NCBI GenBank assembly: GCA_965233585.1
Contig: CBDDTI010000466.1
Location: 1 to 31,147, forward strand
Direction of reading: 5' to 3'
Length of the DNA stretch: 31,147 nt
From: a bacterium
GTDB lineage: Bacteria > SAR324 > NAC60-12
The notes under the pieces are model-generated. The model did not search any database and had not been told where the DNA came from. It saw only the letters and a program-made list of their open reading frames with translations. Positions within the stretch are counted from its first letter, which is position 1. Each line of letters begins with the position of its first letter. The translations under genes and the position numbers were made by a program. Of the stretch, positions 23,465-31,147 are shown in pieces.

Positions 23465-23585
23465 CACCTTGGCAGACCAGAGTTGTCACGCCAAAAAAAA
23501 CACAATGTAGTTATTTTGAATTTATGCTCCTTAAACTCTGATTCTGTTTGGGGATGACAGAGAACCACACTGCATCATGTTACAA

Positions 23586-24722
23586 TCAAAAAAGTATAGT
23601 CTTTTTCAAGCAACTGACACCATGGAATTCAAAGTTCTCACTGAACTGGAAATATTTCACGTATGTGGCAATGGTCAGATGACACACCCAACCATTCATT
23701 GGATTGACATTTGAAACATGCAGCATAGAAATGTTGAACACTTGAAGTAACAGTGTGGTATTTCCTGGCAATGTCACGCACAAACAGCTCAACATTTTCC
23801 CATCCAAGCATTGCTCTCCATTCTGGACTGATTGCCTCTGGATCTTAGTCACAAGAGACCTTTGAAACCCTTTCTGCGTTGAATGGTCTTTTAAGACCTT
23901 CCTTCGCAACGATGCCCCCATTAATGGCATCCCCTTGCCATGGTGACGAGGAAATTGAGCTGTCCACTTGCATCGCCGACGTTCAGGCATGGTCCATGGA
24001 GCCTTTGAGTTTGTCATGAGTTGGTCCATCGCTCGCTGTTTCGGCTTCGTGAAACTCTCGTCCTTCACGGCGAGCTTGCCCAAGACCACACCACTCAGCG
24101 GCATCTGCATGGAGAACATCTTCTTGTGACAGACAGGCTGGACATGTGGGCTTCCAAGCTTCTTCACAAGCACGATCCTGGCTGATGTTTGAGAGCAATT
24201 TTGGGGATGTGCGGTAGAAAAAAACAAATTCAATCGGTAACTCACATGCTTTTTCGTTTAGTACATCCCAAGTTCACAGCAAAATTAATATTGAAACATG
24301 TTTTCTTCAACAGAGGTGATGGCCCCCAAGTCCTTCCATACCCATTGTGGCGAAGAACCAGCTGATCTCCAAACTCGTTGAAAACTGCCAGCCGGAACTG
24401 AGGGAACTTGTTGTTTTGAGCCGGTACTGCATTGCAGAGCCATCTCCTTCAAGCAAGCAATCTTCCAACCAGATCTCGTTGCCCTCTGTGATTTCCTGCA
24501 GCATGGCACACAAGAGGCACTACAGTTTTGAACAAATCAAATCAACAAATAATAGTCATGCAAATCAATTCACAAATTGTTAAGTCGTTCTTTTTTCGAC
24601 TGCCCCACCTCCCAACCATCCTCGTCCAGAAATTCCTGGACCAGGGCCGTTTGCCTTCTGTAATAGTGGTAGGCTGAGATTTCCTTCACTTGCCAGGCAG
24701 CCAGTGCACGAAACCAAGCCAT
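23586..24722 (-). CDS. Cargo gene 2, unknown spliced protein (MAWFRALAAWQVKEISAYHYYRRQ...), with one probable 1-bp frameshift; 3' end uncertain
   Basis: GCCATGG at 24722. Exon 24722-24609, GT-AG intron 24608-24496, exon 24495-24333 (needs +1 A in the run at ~24414-24417), GA-AG intron 24332-24178, then ORF 23586..24245 in matching phase (GYG-R-IVLVKKLG...). Confidence 0.5.
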
Positions 24723-25458
24723 GGCAACACTAGAGATTCAATAATAGAGATGCAAAAAAATGTGGTCAAGACTGCACTACAAAGAGTAAGATGTGAGATG
24801 TACAAATGAGACATAACCAGCAGTCAAGCCATGGCACTTGATGCCAGATGTACAAAAAGCTGCTGCTGCAGTAAAAACTCGCCGCAATAAGATCTGGAAT
24901 GGGTCACAGAATCTGTTCATGCAATTCAAATTGACTGAATTGGCTGACCCAAGTCTTACTCATTATTTGTGTGCCATAATCAGATCTTGAACCTGAAATA
25001 CACAAGGAAGAAAATGCGGCATGGCAAAGCTCGTGGCAGAGCACAACTTAGAGGCACTGAAAATAGAACATTTAAATTAGATGTTTTCATTGTCATGTGT
25101 TTCTGTTTTCTTCAACCAGCATTACCTTAAGATCAACCAGCTGTACTGAAATCCAGAAAGTGTACCACTATGCTTACTTTTTTCTGATTACACAGTAGCT
25201 TGTTCTCATAGTACCTGCAGACAGACCCTTGTCTTTGGGATATCGAATCTTGTGATACTACAATATGGTTCATACTGCTGTACACTCAAGATCCTTGATA
25301 TGAAGGCTTATGTTTGAGATACATAGATTTGACTAATACCATATTTGGGTAGTAACCAGTACGCAGCAAGACCACATGCACAAGAGATGTCGTGAGCGCA
25401 TTTTTGTTTGCATCAGTTTTGTGATTACTCAATGTTTTCGAAATCATACAAATGCAGT

Positions 25459-27250
25459 GACATAATTTTTGGCAAGGGTCTAATGGCTAGTGTTGAAACT
25501 GTTTGCCCTAAAAGGTTTCAAGGCTTGGAAAGCCAAGTCTTGAATAGTGCAATCATTGTCAAGACTTGGGGACATGGAATTGCAAAAAAACGAATACCAT
25601 TTCAAAACTTGGGATATCAAGTCTTGAAAGAGAAATGTAAGAATCAGACCTGTGGCTGCCAAGTCTTGACAATCATGTTCACTTGTGTTCATGTCTTGGA
25701 AGACCATGACATGAAAGTTCTTACTTGGGTCTAATGTTGAAATTATTTGGCTCAAAAGGTTTCAAGAGTTGGAAAGCCAAGTCTTGAATAGTGCAATCAT
25801 TGTCAAGACTTGAGGACATGGAATTGCCAAAAAAAACATTTCAAAACTTGGGATTCCAAGTCTTGAAAACATGCAAGATTTCAGAACTGTGGCTGCCAAG
25901 TCTTCAAACATATTTCCAAATGAGTTCATGTCGTGGAAGACCAAGTCATGAAAGACATAATTCATGGCAAGGGTCTAATGTTGAAGTTCTTTACCCCGAA
26001 AAGTTTCAAGACTTGGAAAGCCAAGTCTTGAATAGTGCAATCATTGTCAAGGCTTGGGGACATGGGGTTGCAAAAAAATGTAACATGTCAAAACTTGGGT
26101 TCAAAGTCTTGAAAAAATGTAAGATTTCAGAACTGTGGCTGCCAAGTCTTGAAAAAATATTTCCAAATGTGTTCATGTCTTGGAAGACCAAGTCATGAAA
26201 GACAATTCGTGGCAAGGGTCTAATGTTGAAAGTCTTTACCCGAAAGTTTCAAGACTTGGAAAGCCAAGTCTTGAATAGGGCAATCATTGTCAAGTCTTGG
26301 GGACATGGAGTTGCAAAAAAGTAACAGTTCAAGACATGGGATATTGCCAAGTCTTGAAAGAAAAATGTAAGATTTCAGAACTGTTGTGGCTGCCAAGTCT
26401 TGACAATCATGTTCACTTGTGTTCATGTCTTGGAAGACCAAGTCATGAAAGACATAATTCGTGGCAAGGGTCTGATGTTGAAATTCTTTGCCCCGAAAAG
26501 TTTCAAGACTTGGAAAGCCAAGTCTTGAATAGCGCAGTCATTGTCAAGACTTGGGGACATGGTGTTGCAAAAAATGTACATTTCAAAACTTGGAATACCA
26601 AGTCTTGAAAAAAAGATTTCCGAACTTGGTCTGCCAAGTCTTGAAAATATTTCCAGATGTGTTCATGTCTTGGAAGACAAAGGCATGAAAGGCATAATTC
26701 TTACTTATACTGTTGAAATTCTTTGGCCCAAAAGGTTTCAAGAGTTGGAAAGCCAAGTCTTGAATAGTGCAATCATTGTCAAGACTTGGGGACATGGAAT
26801 TGCAAAAAAACATTTCAAAACTTGGGATTCCAAGTCTTGAAAACATGCAAGATTTCAGAACTGTGGCTGCCAAGTCTTGAAAAAATATTTCCAAATGAGT
26901 TCATGTCTTGGAAGACCAAGCCATGAAAGACGTAATTCTTGGCAAGGGTCTATAATGTTGAAATGCTTTACCCCGAAAAGTTTCAAGACTTGGAAAGCCA
27001 AGTCTTGAATAGAGCAATCATTGTCAAGGCTTGGGGACATGGGGCTGCAAAAAAATGTAACATTTCAAAACTTGGGGTACTGCCAAGTCTTGAAAGAAAA
27101 ATGTAGGATTTCAGATCTGTGGTGGCTGCCAGTTCTTGACAATCATGTTCACTTGTGTTCATGTCTTGGAAGACGAAGTCATGCAAGACATAATTCTTAC
27201 TTGGGTCTAATGTTGAAATTCTTTACCCCGAAAGGTTTCAAGACTTGGGA
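25459..27250 (-). repeat. ~245-bp satellite, ~7 units (inner part of right arm)
   Basis: Anchor CATGAAAG (one variant CATGCAAG) recurs at about 25710, 25947, 26194, 26444, 26684, 26922 and 27180. It is the reverse complement of the left-arm satellite. Confidence 0.9.
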
Positions 27251-29403
27251 AGGGAAGTGTAGCAAGTTTCTGACTGTTAGATAATTTCATCCGCATGAGC
27301 CAATGCAAAGTCTTAAGAAGCTAAACCATTTTCTCAGGAACCTCATTTCCACACTTTGAGGCCAAGTATTGCAATGTACCATTCTTAAGCTGCACAATGG
27401 CCCATCTCTACCGCTTTGGAATGCCAAATCTGGATGAATGTTACAATTGGTACCGTTGTCAAGACCTAGGGACATGAGTTGAAAAAATGTCACGTTTCAG
27501 AACTTGGGATGCCAAGCCTTGAAAAACAACCCATCGTGTTCATGCCTTGGATGTCCACAGTCTATTGTTAGCAAAAACTAGCTGCAAACAGTTTCAAGAC
27601 TGGGGAAGCCAAGTCTTGAAGATGGCATGATGCCATGAAATTCCACATTGTGTCTTTTGTAAAAGGCATGTGCAAGCAAAAAAAACAAATGGTTTCAAAA
27701 TTTGAGAGGCCAAGTTTTAAGATGGCATCATGTGTAAAGAATCATGCGGGCACAGCCCCACATACGGCAGAAAAAACACAGGTATAAAGTTTCCGCTTGT
27801 TACACAGTTTAGTACATGGTTGTAAAATGTTAGGAGGGGTTAAAAATTGGAAGTGGAAGAATATCATTTCGAACACTTGAAGGCCAAGTATTGCAATATA
27901 TCATTCTTGGGCTCCAGACTTGGAGTTCCAAGTCGTGAGCACAAGACCAATCTTTACCACTCCGGACACCCAACAGGAAACATAACAAGTATCAAACTAC
28001 AGAACAGCTTGTTTGCAAGTTTTCAGGCTCGGGGCGGTAGCAAGTGTTGAAACCTATTATTTTTAAAAAGTCGCAAAGACTAACTTCATTGGTGAGCCAA
28101 GGCAGAAAACTTTGCAACAAAAACCCAAGTCTTGAGCTTGAAGACTTGGAAGGTCAAATAGTTACCAAGATGGATCAAGTTAAGTTCCAGACTTGGAATG
28201 CCAAGTCCAATCAAATCCAGAACTTGGCGCAATGCATTTGGACAAGTTAAGGGTGAACTCTTACCTTTTTGTTTCAAAACTTGGGATGCCAAGTCTTGAA
28301 AAAATATGTTCATGTATTGAAAGACCAAGTCATGAAAGGACAAAAAAGTAATACTGATAAAGCCAAGTTCTGAACGATGTTAATGGTAACTGCCATGAAT
28401 CAATCATATTTGAAAGACCTGGGAGGCGAAGCCAATTGAGACAAACATGAGTGGTTGGACTTGGATTCAAGCCTTGAACTTTTGAAGAACTCATTTGCAT
28501 CACATCGAGAACAACCTTAAAAGTCTCAGTGATCATGCTTGTCAGTGCAAGACTTGCGAGGCCAAGTCTTGAAGTGCATTTAAGATTCACTATTGTGCCA
28601 AAACAATTTCTGGGAGACCAAGCCCAAATAGATGTTGCAGACTTGGAAAATGACCAAGTCTGAATTTCATTTTCAACTTCCACATTTAAAAACCATCATC
28701 AAGAACAACATCATATTGAAATTGAAGCCCAAGAGAAACAAAAAACAATCATGTTCATCTTGGACATTTGGAACCTTGAACGGAAATCACCAAGAGAGGC
28801 ATGATGGAATGTCCCTCCAAGAGTATGGTTTATCTAGAAGAGTAACAGTGCCCTGTTGGTACAATGTGTTTTCTGTCAAGAGCAGCTAAAGTTCGACACC
28901 TTTTGGCGCAAAGACCATAGTAAGCAAATTCAAACTGTTCCATTGTTACACTAGTCACAACTATGCATATCTAATCATGCCTTCAAATCCATGAGTGAAA
29001 CCGTGTGTTTTTGTTTAATTTTGTTGAAGGTCTGCCACTTGAAATCCTAATGTCAAATCAGTCGGTATTTAGGTTCCTATGCAGCTCCATTCCTACAACC
29101 ACATTTGGGAACCTGATGGTTGGAGCATGCAATCCACTAGAAGTGTATGAGTATAGTCATGTATATGCATTGAACACCTGTAGATCACACCAAGCCCCAA
29201 AAATGCCACGCACCAGACAAAAAAAACTATGCATATAGTCATCCAACTCATTTGTGAAAATAAGAATATGAAAAAACATCACCTTCTAGATTGTAGTTAT
29301 TCCTGGTGAACTCTCACAACTTTGAAAATGAAAGGGAGGTGTATGTATGTACTTGCCAGCTACGAGACAGATTTTTGTTTAACCCTTTTCTTGGAACGGG
29401 TAC

Positions 29404-29822
29404 GAATTCAATTGCCAAGGCCTGGACTGCCAAGTCTTGGAATTGAAGTTGATGTCTTAATTCAATTGCCAAGGCCTGGAACGCCAAGTCTTGGAGTTGA
29501 ATTTTATGTAATTCAATTGCCAAGGCCTGGAATGCCAAGTCTTGGAATTGAAGTTGATGTCTTAATTCAATTGCCAAGGCCTGGAATGCCAAGTCTTGGA
29601 ATTGAAGTTGATGTCTTAATTCAATTGCCAAGGCCTGGAACGCCAAGTCTTGGAATTGAAGTTGATGTCTTAATTCAATTGCCAAGGCCTGGAACGCCAA
29701 GTCTTGGAATTGAATTTGATGTCTTAATTCAATTGCCAAGGCCTGGAACGCCAAGTCTTGGGGTTGAAATTTATGTCTTAATTCAATTGCCAAGGCCTGG
29801 AATGCCAAGTCTTGGAATTGAA
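29404..29822 (-). repeat. 54-bp minisatellite, ~8 copies (right arm)
   Basis: Reverse complement of the 4861-5063 unit. ORF 29314..29808 shows eight QALAIE repeats, one unit being 3 bp shorter. Confidence 0.9.
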
Positions 29823-30159
29823 GCCCATTATTTTAGGGTTTATGATGCCCTTGTTCAGGGCTAGTCCCTTGTTCAGGGACGTTATCCCCACCATCCCCAG
29901 CTGAAGGCTGCTGCAACGGCATCACCTGTCCAGGAAACCTGCAGGTACAAATTAATGGTATCACATATATGTTCATGACTTGTGTGCATGGTGGTATCAC
30001 AAGTGGATGACAACCCGGGGACACTGGGTGGTATTTTATGATTTTATGACTCTTGGTGACATTATATTGGTATCATATGTGCATGACCCTTGATTAAATA
30101 TAAATATATATATATATATATATTTATGTTCATGATGCTTGATGGTCATTGGCAGTCTG

Positions 30160-30591
30160 TGTGTGTGTATGTTTGTGTTTGGTTCAGTAATCATGAAACT
30201 TGTTGTTTGAATTACAACATGTTTTTTGTTCTGACCTGCCCCCCCTCCAGGTTAGTGTGTGTGTGTGTTTGGTTCAGCAATCATGATACTTGTTGTTTGA
30301 ATTACAGCATGTTTTTTGGTTCTGAACTGCCCCCACCCCTCCAGGTTTCAATTTAAGCATGACTACAGTGTGTATGTGTTTTGTTTGGTTCAATAATCAT
30401 GATACTTGTTGCTTGAATTACAGCATGTTTTTTGTTCTGAACTGCCCCCACCCCTCCAGGTTTCAATTTAAGCATGACTACTGTGTGTATGTGTTTTGTT
30501 TGGTTCTGTAATCATGATACTTGTTGTTGGAATTACAGCATGTCTTTTTGGTTCTGACCTGCCCCCCCCTCCAGGTTTCAATTTTAGCATG
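30160..30591 (-). repeat. ~119-bp subterminal tandem repeat, ~4 copies (right arm)
   Basis: AATCATGA(T/A)ACTTGTTG...GAATTACA(G/A)CATGT...CCCCTCCAGGTT recurs four times, one unit shortened. Confidence 0.85.
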
Positions 30592-30732
30592 AAAACTTAT
30601 CCCTAGAAAATGAAAAGAAACATGTTGGAAAACCATCCCAAAATGGAAAAGCAAAAAAATACTGCATTTTTTCAGCCAAAATGAAAATATCATTTTCAAA
30701 AACCAAACTATCACAATCAAAGAACAGAGGTT

Positions 30733-30912
30733 TTGTGCTTTTTGGACAGCGGAAATTTCACATGCCGCATCGAGCTACACTCATTAGACCCTTCAATCTT
30801 GACCCACAGGCTGCAAAATTCGTCGAATCCGCGGTCGCCTACGCGGCGTCTGCCGCAAAATGAAGCAAAATATGCCTACGCCAGCCTACGCACCCCAGCA
30901 AACTGCCTACAT
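30733..30912. repeat. Right part of the GCCTACGC-motif repeat region
   Basis: GCCTACGC motifs at ~30837, 30874 and 30884 and GCCTAC at 30905, in the same orientation as those at 3417-3992. AAATATGCCTACGC occurs on both sides (3535 and 30868). Confidence 0.5.
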
Positions 30913-31147
30913 CCAACCATGTGCAGGTCAACTTTCATATAAATCTTTACTTGTAAAAAAAAACTCTGCTCAATTGGACATGACGATGGGCCATTTAAAG
31001 GTGCCAAGTATGACACATATCTTTCTGACCGGAGTTTCTAGGTTTCTTGTTGAAATCATAAGGTCAATGGTCAGTAGATTGATGTAGGAAACACGGGTTT
31101 TGCATAGTTTTGCCAACAATGGGGTTTGCCTTAAAAAAGAATCCTTC

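Larger units (their letters stand above)
4122..30732. mobile_element. Giant (~26.6 kb) foldback-like DNA element with ~5.2-kb TIRs and a 4-bp TSD (TTGT); no transposase recognised
   Basis: Left end AACCTCTGTTCTTTGATTG (4122) is the exact reverse complement of right end CAATCAAAGAACAGAGGTT (30732). TTGT lies immediately outside both ends (4118-4121 and 30733-30736). Inverted homology continues inward for more than 5 kb; for example ORFs 5224..5460(-) and 29005..29238(+), and 6203..6409(-) and 28044..28250(+), are near-identical. Confidence 0.9.
25459..30732 (-). repeat. Right terminal inverted repeat arm (modular)
   Basis: Reverse-complement counterpart of 4122-9328 with the same module order but different tandem copy numbers and scattered substitutions. 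Confidence 0.9.

Noticed and set aside
25745..25756. Relic dinoflagellate spliced leader (TTTGGCTCAA)
   Set aside because: It is a variant of the satellite position that reads TTTGGCCCAAAAGG at ~26722, it lacks the rest of the DinoSL, and no gene follows.
4122..30732. Assembly or read fold-back chimera explaining the long inverted repeat
   Set aside because: The arms differ by many substitutions, indels and tandem copy numbers, enclose ~16 kb of other sequence, and end at a TSD. An artefact would give near-identical arms.
4122..30732. Maverick/Polinton or endogenous virus call
   Set aside because: No PolB, integrase, packaging ATPase or capsid ORF is recognisable, and the TSD is 4 bp rather than ~6 bp.

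Overview
Repeat-dominated eukaryotic DNA, most likely from a Symbiodiniaceae dinoflagellate (inferred from a DNMT-carrying LINE, GC-AG and GA-AG introns, and AG|G acceptors). From left to right the window holds: (1) a small MITE; (2) a 5'-truncated non-LTR retrotransposon whose surviving ORF has two C2H2 zinc fingers and a C5-cytosine methyltransferase domain (~1075-3416); (3) a GCCTACGC-motif repeat region that is split by (4) a giant ~26.6-kb foldback-like element (4122-30732). The giant element has ~5.2-kb modular terminal inverted repeats (termini AACCTCTG...CAGAGGTT) and a 4-bp TTGT target-site duplication. I recognise no transposase inside it. It carries two minus-strand, intron-containing cargo genes, the larger with tentative ParB-like and degenerate amino-methyltransferase-like segments. 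It also carries an array of 13-13-13 palindromes just upstream of that gene, and two independent insertions of a ~4.9-kb non-coding CCC...GGG element with 2-bp TSDs (CACTA/EnSpm-like). One insertion splits the cargo gene, and removing it restores the reading frame. Most ORFs in the supplied track are by-products of tandem repeats. Domain calls for the cargo genes are pattern-based and need profile or structure searches.
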